Shown piece after piece: positions 9,244 to 18,573 of a stretch of DNA of 54,804 nucleotides (positions are counted from its first letter, which is position 1; each line of letters begins with the position of its first letter). The translations under genes and the position numbers were made by a program. The stretch lies in IMG/VR virus record IMGVR_UViG_3300012920_000051, positions 1 through 54,804 of that record. One strand, 5' to 3'. The notes beneath the pieces are model-generated. The model had not been told where the DNA came from. It ran no database searches and saw nothing but the letters and a program-made list of their open reading frames with translations. The stretch is from a virus (lineage: Duplodnaviria; Caudoviricetes).

Positions 9244-9780
9244 ATGCGCCATCGCAGAGCACTGCAAATGCACTCTTTCGTTTACCCATCAAGCGGTGTA
9301 TCCGATAACGGCTTGCACATGATTGTTGGATATATGCACCCTGAGCTTGGGTATCTCAACAATCACCTTCATGCGAGGGCTAACACGCCTCTCGTCTTGA
9401 TCTCTACTGTGGTGGTTAACCCACAACCTTTGGTTGTCGCTCCCGACTTGGTGACGTCTGCGCCTTGGCACTCTTTCTCGACCATCATTACAGACCTGTT
9501 CATCAAGAATTTTGGTAATCCGCTCTTGAGCGGTCATACGCAGCGGAATCTTCTTACGCACAACTACAGGGTCACTTGTGAGGCACAGGCTGTCGAGGAC
9601 CACCCATTAGGTGGCGTGATCAACGCCCAATTTATGGGGTTCGTTCCGCAATATCGCGCCGCAGATAACTTTTTAGGTCTTGAGGAGTGTGACGAACCTT
9701 ATAGGCTTTACCGCGTCACGTTCGATGACTTTAGGCAGATCACCCTCGAGGAGCGTTCACTCCTAGACTTCCCATTCTAA
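9244..9780 (+). CDS. Hypothetical protein
   Basis: AAGGAG RBS; follows promoter A. Confidence 0.75.
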   Translation: MRHRRALQMHSFVYPSSGVSDNGLHMIVGYMHPELGYLNNHLHARANTPLVLISTVVVNPQPLVVAPDLVTSAPWHSFSTIITDLFIKNFGNPLLSGHTQRNLLTHNYRVTCEAQAVEDHPLGGVINAQFMGFVPQYRAADNFLGLEECDEPYRLYRVTFDDFRQITLEERSLLDFPF

Positions 9781-9816
9781 TCCCATTATCAGCATATCCA
9801 CACAAAGGCTACAACC

Positions 9817-10164
9817 ATGTTCCCATACAACATTAGAGGTATTGACCTCAACGCAGGCGATAAAATTTCAACACCGGACATCACATCTTCAAAGCCTAAA
9901 GTTGTTCGCGTCACTTATAAGAACATTCCGATTCGCGTTAAGATTAACAAGAATGGCGCAATTGGATGTCGCGACACTAATGAATGTTTTATCAAGGCGT
10001 TCTTCCCTGATTTCTATCAAGAGTATGTTGACGAACAAGAGTCACTTCGTGGCGTCATCTCTGAACTGAGGATTCGAATGGAGCTCCGCTCGTTGTTGAT
10101 TGAGATGGCCTTCAATGAGCCTAGGGCTGTGCTTAAGCATCTCCTTGAGGAGGATGCACGATGA
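9817..10164 (+). CDS. Hypothetical protein
   Basis: AAGG RBS; 115 aa. Confidence 0.7.
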   Translation: MFPYNIRGIDLNAGDKISTPDITSSKPKVVRVTYKNIPIRVKINKNGAIGCRDTNECFIKAFFPDFYQEYVDEQESLRGVISELRIRMELRSLLIEMAFNEPRAVLKHLLEEDAR

Positions 10165-10496
10165 GTGTTCTTAAGACCTGTGTCGATTGCGACCTTCCGT
10201 TCGCGACTTCCAACACAAGGGCGACACAATGTCTTCCTTGTTGGAAGAAGGATCGCGAATATGACATGAGCAAAGCAGATACCGCGCATATCTTGCTTCA
10301 GAATCATATGCGTAGGCTTATGCTGCTCTATGATCACGTTGAGAATACGCGCGCAAGATCTTCTAACTCAGGGTCTTCTCTCTCTGATAAGCAGATTAAG
10401 CGTTTACTGATCCTGTGTCATCCTGACAAGCACGACAACTCTGAGATGGCTACTGAGATGACTCAACTGCTGAATGGGATGCGTACTCCGCGTTAA
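10161..10496 (+). CDS. Zn-finger plus truncated J-domain-like protein
   Basis: CxxC...CxxC at the N-terminus; C-terminal IKRLLILCHPDKH...EMTQLLN with the HPD tripeptide; ATGA coupling and GGAGG RBS. Confidence 0.7.
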   Translation: MSVLKTCVDCDLPFATSNTRATQCLPCWKKDREYDMSKADTAHILLQNHMRRLMLLYDHVENTRARSSNSGSSLSDKQIKRLLILCHPDKHDNSEMATEMTQLLNGMRTPR

Positions 10497-10650
10497 CCGT
10501 TTACTGTGCCTTAGAGGGCATTATATGACGTAATAGGCCCCTATTTAGAGGTCTATTATGCTAATCAGGCTATTCTTGAAAACTCCTGAAAACTTGCCTG
10601 AAAAGCCCTTCTTCAATTATAGCGTTTGTTTCCTTTTCAATACTCAATGG

Positions 10651-10679
10651 AGTTATATAAAACTATGTCTGAACCTGTA
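10651..10679 (+). promoter_or_regulatory. Motif B copy overlapping a start codon
   Basis: AGTTATATAAAACTATGTCTGAACCTGTA contains the in-frame ATG at 10665. Confidence 0.8.
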
Positions 10680-11381
10680 ACACACAACGACTTTGAAGGT
10701 GCTTTTTCGCGCTTAGAGTCCATCGTGACCTTTGATGAGATACACAAAATCCTCTATGGAGACTTATCATTCGCGCAAGCGAGAGCATCAATTTTGAATC
10801 CCTATGAAGGTCATGTTATTCAGCTTAGAGGCAAATCTCGCTACCAATTTCACCCCGAGACATTGACGTGGGAGATCAACATTGAGGCCCCCGACGCCAA
10901 GAATCCCCTCACGATTGACGCGCCCCTAGCCCCCATTTCATCGACAAAACAGCCCTCCCCCTCCCACCACACTAGAGGACTATACTACCATAACAAAGTA
11001 GCGATGATCGCCGTCGCCTTACAAGCAACAAGCAAGCACCACAACATCAGAGAGATACACGTCGCCCTGAATGGAGCCCGCTTGAATCGCGCCCAAATAC
11101 CCCCCGGTATACCCAGAGTAATCATAAAGAACTCCCACTCCCCCCTGTACTCATTAAACGAAGCTATGAGACAACAACATAATGGGCAATATATTGATTC
11201 ATATGGCCTGTGTATGGCTTTCATGCTCAAGGCAGATCCCGATATAATAATAGGACTCAACTCCAATGACCAAGAAATTGCTACAAAACGGGCCTTGAAC
11301 CTGTCATGTAGACGGATTTTTGTACGTTCTGGGGCTTTTTTTGCTGATGGATCACCTGTTGCTGTGGCCCCTGAGCACTAG
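10665..11381 (+). CDS. Hypothetical protein
   Basis: Long ORF; start at 10647 or 10665 uncertain. Confidence 0.7.
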   Translation: MSEPVTHNDFEGAFSRLESIVTFDEIHKILYGDLSFAQARASILNPYEGHVIQLRGKSRYQFHPETLTWEINIEAPDAKNPLTIDAPLAPISSTKQPSPSHHTRGLYYHNKVAMIAVALQATSKHHNIREIHVALNGARLNRAQIPPGIPRVIIKNSHSPLYSLNEAMRQQHNGQYIDSYGLCMAFMLKADPDIIIGLNSNDQEIATKRALNLSCRRIFVRSGAFFADGSPVAVAPEH

Positions 11382-11734
11382 AGTTGTATTTACCCCCTAG
11401 AAAACGGACACCCAACCCTGTAACGCAGGTCATTTGGTGTGTGGCGCAGAGCGGATTCTTCAATGATTATAAGCACTTACGCCACATATTAGACCCAAGC
11501 GAAAGACCCGACCACCCATTGGCTACAGCAAAAGTTTGTATTTCCCCTAGGGGAAAAGCACACCACTGGTATAGATCCTTTATAAGGGTGGACACTACTT
11601 ACAGGCTCTGTGCCTTTTGTGTGGCGCAGAATAAGACCTGCGAACAGTGATCGGCCTGAGCGAAAGTTATTCGGCCACTACCCTAGACAAGAATCGACGA
11701 GGCCAAGATACAGTGACTAAGATAAGAAGCACAG

Positions 11735-11763
11735 AGTTTTAGAAAACTATGGTTGAATCTGTA
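11735..11763 (+). promoter_or_regulatory. Motif B copy (perfect palindromic arms AGTTTT-AG-AAAACT)
   Basis: AGTTTTAGAAAACTATGGTTGAATCTGTA. Confidence 0.8.
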
Positions 11764-11899
11764 TGGAGTATCGGCCTCTCAATACAGTATTTATGGCGTT
11801 GAATCGTGGCAACAAAAGCGCAATTTTGAGGTGCAAAATACAGGTTTTAAGATGCGGTGCATTACGCTTTTGAGCACCAAAAATAAATCGCTGGAGCAT

Positions 11900-11938
11900 G
11901 CAAAGAGGTTTGAAAAACGATACGGACTATGCTAATAT
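11900..11938 (+). promoter_or_regulatory. Promoter class C: TTGAAA-N17-(TGn)TAATAT with AACGATAC in the spacer
   Basis: GCAAAGAGGTTTGAAAAACGATACGGACTATGCTAATAT; near-identical copy at 13829. Confidence 0.8.
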
Positions 11939-12002
11939 ACTATTGTGTGCGCCCATGCGCCCACGCCCCGCAACCCCCGAAAACACCAAGAAGGACATGT
12001 TG

Positions 12003-12782
12003 ATGACCTACAGAAGAACCGAACCTGAACATGCCGGGTGCGTCGATAACACGACTCACGGTTATGTTGATCCCGACGTGCTCGGCAAGCGAATGTCTAC
12101 GATCAGACAGCCCGCCGCGACGCTTAGAGCCTCCATCATGGAGATACGCATCGAGAAGCTCAATGAATTGTACGAGGAGTGCATCAAAGAGGGCGACTCC
12201 CCTGCTGAAGCGCATGAATACTGCTCCAAGAAGCTCAAACTGATACCTTCAGTAACGACCTCAATGCCCAACAAGAAGACTCGCGCCCGAAGAGGTATCC
12301 GCGACCCTCAAGAGCTCAACGACATCTTGGATCTACCTGTCCGCTCGATCCAAGTGGATCACCGCCACCATCGTGACGGATTCATCTTCACGGTGCGTTA
12401 TCGCGGTCGTGATCGCCGGTATCATATGACGCACTCGCTCCTAGCGAAACTTAACCACCTCGAAGAACAATTCAACCTCACAGAGATGTCGAACAGAGAG
12501 CTTGATCGTGTGAGATCTACCCCACTCGACCGAAAGTGTCACTACACTGAGGAGAAACGCCGGGTAACATCGAACGACGACGCGCAGAGTCGCATGCGAT
12601 TCAATCGCAGATTGCATACACGGGTCGATCCGAACAGCAATCGACACGCCGTTAATCGTGAGCAGTCATCATATGATGCGCCTAAGAAGCGACGCCCCCT
12701 GACACAAGGCGCGACACCCGCAGACAGCAACTCCCGCGTTCCCGGACCTATCCAACGCAAGAGGCTCCTCAACCGACGTTAA
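12003..12782 (+). CDS. Hypothetical Arg-rich basic protein
   Basis: AAGGA RBS 7 nt before ATG 12003; the upstream extension in the ORF track overlaps the promoter. Confidence 0.75.
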   Translation: MTYRRTEPEHAGCVDNTTHGYVDPDVLGKRMSTIRQPAATLRASIMEIRIEKLNELYEECIKEGDSPAEAHEYCSKKLKLIPSVTTSMPNKKTRARRGIRDPQELNDILDLPVRSIQVDHRHHRDGFIFTVRYRGRDRRYHMTHSLLAKLNHLEEQFNLTEMSNRELDRVRSTPLDRKCHYTEEKRRVTSNDDAQSRMRFNRRLHTRVDPNSNRHAVNREQSSYDAPKKRRPLTQGATPADSNSRVPGPIQRKRLLNRR

Positions 12783-12899
12783 GCGCAACTACCCGCGCCC
12801 TTAGCCACCCACCATTCTCGATCAGCGTCAACCGACGTTGATCAGCAACACGCATGAGCGCTCGTGTTTTAAGCGCTCACCCACAACAAGGAGATTACA

Positions 12900-13664
12900 T
12901 TGGTAATCCTACCCAAGACTTCCGCGCATCAGCGCTTTGTTCACGCTCGGTACCCTGATGCCGAGCAATTCACCTGCCCTCTCGGCAACATCACCACTCA
13001 GGCGATGTACGCAGAGTTCGAACGAGCAGCGCTGATCGCAGACGGATTTGAGAAGACCACCGAAGAGATCGACACCGACCGACCAGGTATTATCGCGGCG
13101 ACATGTACGAACTATTGTGAGGACACTGACATGCAGTTCGTACTTCAATCTAAGGACTTTACAGACTATATTGACATGCTTGAGTACCTTCAGGTGCCTC
13201 CCGCCGACGATGGTGAGCGCGCACGACTCAAGATCTTCTATGATTGGGCTCACGCGCTCCACGACTTCAAGATGAACGTCAAATCATTTCAGTCTCGTCG
13301 TGATGAGCACAACCATTGGCGGTCTGTATACAAGCTTGTCCTCGAGGAGCTTAAACGCGACCAAGACGATTACGAACTGTATCTCAAAGATGCTCGTAAC
13401 ATGGTTGCTGTGTACATGGATGTCGTGAGGCTCATGTCACCGATGAACAAGGATCGCTCATGGACCCCTCTCCTTAAGAACTACCTCGACGATCGTTTAG
13501 AGGCGCAGAGGCGTGGGCTCGATCTTGAGTATCAGTGGGAAATTGAGAGCTTCGCGAACCGCAAGGAGCGTATGGAGCACAATAATCTCGCGACACAGCT
13601 TTATCGACGCATCTTCAGCGACTTGATCAAGACCGACCGCTTCCAGGAGTTACATAATGGGTGA
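12900..13664 (+). CDS. Hypothetical helical protein
   Basis: AAGGAG RBS before TTG; 254 aa. Confidence 0.8.
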   Translation: MVILPKTSAHQRFVHARYPDAEQFTCPLGNITTQAMYAEFERAALIADGFEKTTEEIDTDRPGIIAATCTNYCEDTDMQFVLQSKDFTDYIDMLEYLQVPPADDGERARLKIFYDWAHALHDFKMNVKSFQSRRDEHNHWRSVYKLVLEELKRDQDDYELYLKDARNMVAVYMDVVRLMSPMNKDRSWTPLLKNYLDDRLEAQRRGLDLEYQWEIESFANRKERMEHNNLATQLYRRIFSDLIKTDRFQELHNG

Positions 13665-13794
13665 TCACATCGTAGTCATCTTCAAAGGCTTGCTCGCCGC
13701 AGTGCTCTTTGTTCCTTGCCTGATGGTAACTCTGTTCTTGGAGTTCCCATTGTATTCGAGCATCATCCTGTTCTGCATCTACAGCACTAACTGA
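13657..13794 (+). CDS. Small membrane protein (45 aa)
   Basis: AGGAG RBS; MGDHIVVIFKGLLAAVLFVPCLMVTLFLEFPLYSSIILFCIYSTN; below the ORF-track cutoff. Confidence 0.55.
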   Translation: MGDHIVVIFKGLLAAVLFVPCLMVTLFLEFPLYSSIILFCIYSTN

Positions 13795-13828
13795 TAACCC
13801 TAGACCTTGATATATATCGACAGCGCGC

Positions 13829-13867
13829 GCAAAGAGATTTGAAAAACGATACGGGATATGATACTGT
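13829..13867 (+). promoter_or_regulatory. Promoter class C: TTGAAA-N17-(TGn)TACTGT
   Basis: GCAAAGAGATTTGAAAAACGATACGGGATATGATACTGT. Confidence 0.8.
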
Positions 13868-13939
13868 ATATGTGCGCCCTGCTCGCACCCCGCGCGCACG
13901 TCGCCAACAACCAAGCACATTGACTAAGGAGTCAATCAC

Positions 13940-14776
13940 ATGTCAAACAAGACAACCCCAACCGCTAACGAGACGATCACGCCGTTCAACGTCGAGGATC
14001 TCCAATTCACAGGCACATACGCCACCACCTCTGAGGAGCTCGCGAACGAGAGCTTGTGCATCGACAACGAGCCTGACGCGCCTGCTACTCAGAAGCTCCT
14101 CGCAGTGCTCCCCGATGTTCGTGAGGGCGCTCTCGATGCGCTCAACGGCAACCCGACGTTCAGCAGCCTGAAGAAGCTTTGTGCGTTGGCCACCAACAAG
14201 GAGGCACCCGAGGTCATCGCGACCAACATCGGCAACATCGCTTTCAATCGAGGCACCACTAAAACGCAAGTAAGCTGGAGCCTGACTGACTTCCGCACCA
14301 AGAAGAACCCTTCAGCGACTCGCCTCGAGCAGATCGCAACGCTCAAGCAGATTGCGATTGCAGGTATTGAGAAGGCTTCTCTTCGAGACATGAGCAGTCG
14401 CAACGTCGCCAAGGGTCAAGGCCAATTGATGAGCCACATCACATGTATGGCGATCCTCCGCGCGACCTCGCAGTGGCACAACTTGACGCACGTCGAGCAG
14501 GCTCACTATTCCGCGCGAGCACACCGCCCCGATGCCGACGCAGTGATCGCGTACACCTTCGGTACTTCGCTTGAGGGTGTCGTGCTTGCTACAGCGATCG
14601 CGATCGCAGAGGGTCCCAACTTGTTCGCGGTGGCTATCTACAACGCGGTGGCTACTGCGCTTGATGTCGGACAGATCGCGCTCCCTGAAGGTATGATTGA
14701 CGAGGACGTGACCGCGCCGAACATCAAGGTGACTGTCGTGAAGAACCCAATGTCTCAAATCAACATGGAGTCGTGA
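13940..14776 (+). CDS. Hypothetical protein
   Basis: TAAGGAG RBS; 278 aa; follows promoter C. Confidence 0.85.
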   Translation: MSNKTTPTANETITPFNVEDLQFTGTYATTSEELANESLCIDNEPDAPATQKLLAVLPDVREGALDALNGNPTFSSLKKLCALATNKEAPEVIATNIGNIAFNRGTTKTQVSWSLTDFRTKKNPSATRLEQIATLKQIAIAGIEKASLRDMSSRNVAKGQGQLMSHITCMAILRATSQWHNLTHVEQAHYSARAHRPDADAVIAYTFGTSLEGVVLATAIAIAEGPNLFAVAIYNAVATALDVGQIALPEGMIDEDVTAPNIKVTVVKNPMSQINMES

Positions 14777-14777
14777 C

Positions 14778-15224
14778 ATGGGGCTTAACCTTAAGAGGCT
14801 CAATTCTGATGCACCGGCTGACCCGATCTTGATGTACGGACGCTTCTTGTCGATCCTAGATACGTTGGAGTTGTTCACGTTCGCGTGTAAGAGCTGCCAC
14901 ACCAAGCGGATCAACAACCCGTCCGGCAAGATCTATCCCAACTGCGAGAAGTGTCGAGTGCGTAATCTACGAGAGGGTTTGCCTCCTCTCAAGCACATGT
15001 TCGATCACTTGGGTCGCCCGACTCCTCTACATCAGCAGTTCACGCTTGATAAGGTTCTCCGCATCATCGCGAAGCGGTTCGAGCAGATCTGCGTTACCTA
15101 TCAGGACGATGACATCATGGCCACCACTGCGGACTTGCTCTCCCGCTTCTTGGAGGCCAACGGGCTGTCGATCTGGGATGCTGTTGAAGACACTCCCCCC
15201 GCAGTTGACGCGCCTGTTCTGTAG
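14778..15224 (+). CDS. Hypothetical Zn-ribbon protein
   Basis: CKSC...CEKC; GGAG RBS. Confidence 0.7.
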   Translation: MGLNLKRLNSDAPADPILMYGRFLSILDTLELFTFACKSCHTKRINNPSGKIYPNCEKCRVRNLREGLPPLKHMFDHLGRPTPLHQQFTLDKVLRIIAKRFEQICVTYQDDDIMATTADLLSRFLEANGLSIWDAVEDTPPAVDAPVL

Positions 15225-15597
15225 ATCGCTCCCCCTAGTGATCCTCTCCTGTACCATAGGATGCACTCCCCGCACCGAGATGATTTGTTGCCAACGCCTT
15301 CAGGGGCAAACGCAGTTTATCAAATCTCATGTGATCGGGGGGAACATCAAGCCGAGATTCAACCGAATCACCGACTCGGCGGTACGCGCGTACTGCAGAC
15401 GCACCTCCCCGAAGGCAGTCTGCTACACATTGGAGGTCGCGCTACAGCGCTATCCCGAAGGGCGTCCTCGCGAATACGGAGAGCTCGTATTTGGGATCTA
15501 CACACTGAGAAACTGCCTGTACTGCAAGACAGTCACGCTCTGCGAAGGTGATGTCGAACGCTTAGAGTGTCCACCCACAGACGAAATCGTAGAGTGA
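15205..15597 (+). CDS. Hypothetical Cys-rich protein, possibly exported or a lipoprotein
   Basis: Hydrophobic LPLVILSCTIGC near a TTG start; start uncertain. Confidence 0.45.
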   Translation: MTRLFCRSLPLVILSCTIGCTPRTEMICCQRLQGQTQFIKSHVIGGNIKPRFNRITDSAVRAYCRRTSPKAVCYTLEVALQRYPEGRPREYGELVFGIYTLRNCLYCKTVTLCEGDVERLECPPTDEIVE

Positions 15598-15603
15598 CTT
15601 AAG

Positions 15604-15640
15604 AGCCTGTCGCGAAAGAGCAATCGCGATGGGCTTTTTC
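15604..15640 (+). terminator. Rho-independent terminator
   Basis: AGCCTGTCGCGA-loop-TCGCGATGGGCT followed by TTTT, right after the 15597 stop. Confidence 0.75.
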
Positions 15641-15719
15641 GTAAGCTGCGCGCGCGTGTAAACTCGGGTCGAGATCTCGGGGCGAGCCTGATTCCTGTGG
15701 CTGTAGACAACAACTACGG

Positions 15720-16050
15720 CGAAGTGCTATTAGACGAAGCTAATAAGCAACACACAAAGTGACAAGAAAAGCGCAAAGCGACTTGGCTAAACGGTTATCT
15801 ACAAGCGAAAGATCAAAGCGAAAGATCGAAAGCTACAGGTGGCGGACCCTAGCGAAAGTGCTTGGAACGAGAACGAGCGCAAACCGCCATAAGCGAGGTT
15901 TTCGCAAAGACGAGCTCTACAAGCATTTTGAACAGCATATACAGCGCATCTTACGAGCGACCAAAGCGCTTACTACGAGCGACTTGCTTCTTTAAGGCAA
16001 GCGATCCTGCTTCCCTAGCCAAGCTGTGCTTGTGATGAGCCGAGCGTTGC
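15720..16050 (+). repeat. AGCG(A)-rich non-coding spacer 1
   Basis: About 13 AGCG (8 AGCGA) in about 280 bp on the + strand, counted by eye. Confidence 0.7.
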
Positions 16051-16084
16051 CTGTTATTGGTATCAGCCGGTTCTGTCGTACTGA

Positions 16085-16142
16085 TTCAACGTGACTTTTC
16101 TAAAACTTTTTTATTGCGCTCGTCTTCTGTGTGTAATACTAT
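16085..16142 (+). promoter_or_regulatory. Sigma70-type promoter TTGCGC-N17-TACTAT with upstream motif-B core
   Basis: TTCAACGTGACTTTTCTAAAACTTTT upstream element shared with 18458; -35 at 16114-19, -10 at 16137-42. Confidence 0.7.
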
Positions 16143-16230
16143 TGACACGATGTTGTGATAACATCGCTACACTTGAAACCGTGTCTCTTGTGACACACAT
16201 ACACCGCGCTTATGCGCCCAGGGTAACGCT

Positions 16231-17151
16231 ATGAACGCTTATACTTTCCCTCGTCACTTTGCTGATCCATCACGCGATGAAATCAATGTTCTCTTGACTG
16301 ATGATCATCTACGCGCTGATCTTGATGATAACGCTCGTCTTCGCATGTTGTCTAATGACTTGTCACCGTTCTTTGTTGATAACATCTCTGATCTTTATGA
16401 TGATGTGCCAACCTTTCACACCGGTAACGATACATATACTCCTGATTTCTCTAATCTGCTTAAATATATTGACATGCTTGATGCTGTGATCACTGATTAT
16501 TTCTTTGATGATCCTATGTTGATTGATCTCGCTATTCGTGAATGTAATTACGCATTACCACGACGATCAACAAACTTGATTCATTCTCGCTCTGATCTTT
16601 CGCGCGTCTATGCTCGTCTGTATGCTCACTATGTCACCTTCTCAAATTCAACGATTACTCATGATCGTGTGTTTAAACAAATCAATCACATGATCGAATA
16701 CGCGCGCGACCATATGCCGAACGCTCACTTCATTATCACCGATGATTGCATGCAATCGCTTCAACTTCCATCCTTGATGCATTTGATTAACTATTGCGCT
16801 CTCACACCTTCGCGTATCATCTCGCATCACTTGATCCCGCGATCTGTTAACACTGAATCATTTCTTGATATCGTGCTCTACTGCAACTCACATTTTGATA
16901 TGCCTCGATACCTCTATACACGCTATAATGATCTATATGAACAATCACATCATATTGACTTTGATGATCTCCGCTCAATTAATGTTTATATGACTGCATA
17001 TACTACGCTATCACCGCTTTCTATGCGATACCCTGCCAACAATCATCACGCTCACAATAATGTTGATCTTAACACCGATCATACACACCAATACTACAAC
17101 ACCCTACCTATGCTTGATTCCGCTCCTAATGTCTGTAAATTCACGCGCTGA
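16231..17151 (+). CDS. Hypothetical protein encoded without AG and with one GG (306 aa; 1 Gly, 0 Trp; D/H/N/Y/L-rich)
   Basis: 921-bp ORF with promoter and AGGG RBS-like island at 16220-23. Confidence 0.8.
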   Translation: MNAYTFPRHFADPSRDEINVLLTDDHLRADLDDNARLRMLSNDLSPFFVDNISDLYDDVPTFHTGNDTYTPDFSNLLKYIDMLDAVITDYFFDDPMLIDLAIRECNYALPRRSTNLIHSRSDLSRVYARLYAHYVTFSNSTITHDRVFKQINHMIEYARDHMPNAHFIITDDCMQSLQLPSLMHLINYCALTPSRIISHHLIPRSVNTESFLDIVLYCNSHFDMPRYLYTRYNDLYEQSHHIDFDDLRSINVYMTAYTTLSPLSMRYPANNHHAHNNVDLNTDHTHQYYNTLPMLDSAPNVCKFTR

Positions 17152-17349
17152 TACTCTCCAGCCGGGTAACGATACGCACTAAAACACTCTCTAACCACGT
17201 TTAACACTCTAACCTATGTGTTGATACACGTCGCGACCGAAACGCACTACACGCGCTAATCTCGCGACGATTTGAACACTCCCCATCTGACCACTTGACC
17301 GCGATTGAACCCACCCGACCCCCAACCGCGCTAAAGCACCCTCTCCCCT

Positions 17350-17993
17350 GAGGATTGCAAGCCAAGCCTCTCCTATGAGGGGCTTAAGTCAAGCGACTAA
17401 TTAAAGATATCAAGGTAGTAGAACAAAGAGGAAGGCGATTGATTAGCGAAGCGATTGCTTTGACCGGTGGGCGTGTGCCGTAAGCGAAGAAAAAATTTTT
17501 ACGAGCGTTAGCTGTATCTCGATTTCGACCGAGATAGATCGCGATTCAAATCTGGATGCCTCGATCATGATCGCGAGGTGTGCTCGGAAGAACCACAAGA
17601 GGTACCTTGATGACCGACAAGTGAAACGAGAAAGACGCTACGGTTGCATCCTGATGTTTCCTAGCACTATCGAGCAAGAACCAAAAGCGACGCGCTAAAC
17701 TCGCCAAAGTGACTCGCGAACCCCGAACAAGTGAAGCGCTTTCGCCTCGCGAACAAGAATCGAGAGCGCCTCTATGAGCGCCCTAGCTAAAAAATGTAGC
17801 GACACAAGCCAAGCCAAAACTTTACTACGGCAAGGCCACATAGCGACAAAATAAGTGGCCCGAGGTGATCAGCGACAATAGTACCTGGGTGGTACTCTTT
17901 GTTGACGTTTCCTAGGATAACCTTAGCGAAAGTTGCGCTTAAGGTGAGGTAACATCGGCTAGGCCGAAAGGCGAGACTCGGGACGAGCGAAAG
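17350..17993 (+). repeat. AGCG(A)-rich non-coding spacer 2
   Basis: About 14 AGCG (10 AGCGA) in about 640 bp, counted by eye; no convincing ORF; starts with hairpin AAGCCTCTC-CTAT-GAGGGGCTT at 17364-85. Confidence 0.65.
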
Positions 17994-18042
17994 TTGCGAA
18001 CGCAATCTTTCGTATAAATCGCGATTTTTCGCGATTTTTGCT

Positions 18043-18308
18043 GTTCGCCCTGACCGAACGATCACCCCCTCATCGTTCGATCAAACCGAATTGTCAAATA
18101 ATCGAAATAATGCTTGACATGCGTTCCGGACGTGTAACGCTATGCAACCTTGTACAACCTTCCCCGCCTCTCTAAATATCGTTCTGTTTAACCGAACGAT
18201 TAACCTTGTACAACCTTGTACACCGTTTTGTCCGCCTCGTGAAATTTCGCGTATCGTCTCCATGAAATTTCGTGTGTCGTCTCCATGAAATTTCGTGTGT
18301 CGTCTCCA
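18043..18308. repeat. Left repeat cluster: GTTCG-N7-CGAAC palindromes, AACCTTGTAC repeats and a 3x23-bp tandem repeat
   Basis: Palindromes near 18043, 18074 and 18178; AACCTTGTAC at 18146, 18202 and 18212; TGAAATTTCGTGTGTCGTCTCCA-type unit x3 at 18240-18308. Confidence 0.85.
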
Positions 18309-18457
18309 CTCGATTCCACGCGCGCGACATCATCACGCTCTGATCATTCACGGGCTCGTATCGTTACGCTCTTGTGTCGATTCTACGCGCCACCTGTAAA
18401 TTTTTTTCAAACTGAATTATGTAACGATTACGAACACTTACGCTGCGTCATTACACA

Positions 18458-18512
18458 TTCAACGTCACTTTTCTAAAACTTTTCTTGACCTCCTCGATCA
18501 ATCTGCTATTGT
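18458..18512 (+). promoter_or_regulatory. Sigma70-type promoter TTGACC-N16-(TGn)TATTGT with upstream motif-B core
   Basis: TTCAACGTCACTTTTCTAAAACTTTT element as at 16085; hairpin TGTGATC..GATCACA at the predicted +1. Confidence 0.7.
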
Positions 18513-18573
18513 GCCTCATGTGATCGCTGTTGATCACACACCAAACCATTTGACTCCACAGGGAGACAACGAT

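Larger units (their letters stand above)
16071..17335 (+). other. RG-free block 1 (+ strand lacks AG and GG)
   Basis: Only three AG/GG islands (16220-23, 16423-24, 17160-66) in about 1265 bp. Confidence 0.92.

Noticed and set aside
14312-14929. 205-aa antisense ORF and the many other - strand shadow ORFs, such as 35976-36575
   Set aside because: They overlap well-supported + strand genes and show no RBS or motifs.
15759-15995. 78-aa K/R-rich ORF
   Set aside because: It lies after a terminator with no RBS, and its composition is explained by AAAGCG repeats; it cannot be fully excluded.
18240-18308. 3x23-bp repeat as a CRISPR mini-array
   Set aside because: The units are directly adjacent with no spacers, and there are no cas genes in the window.
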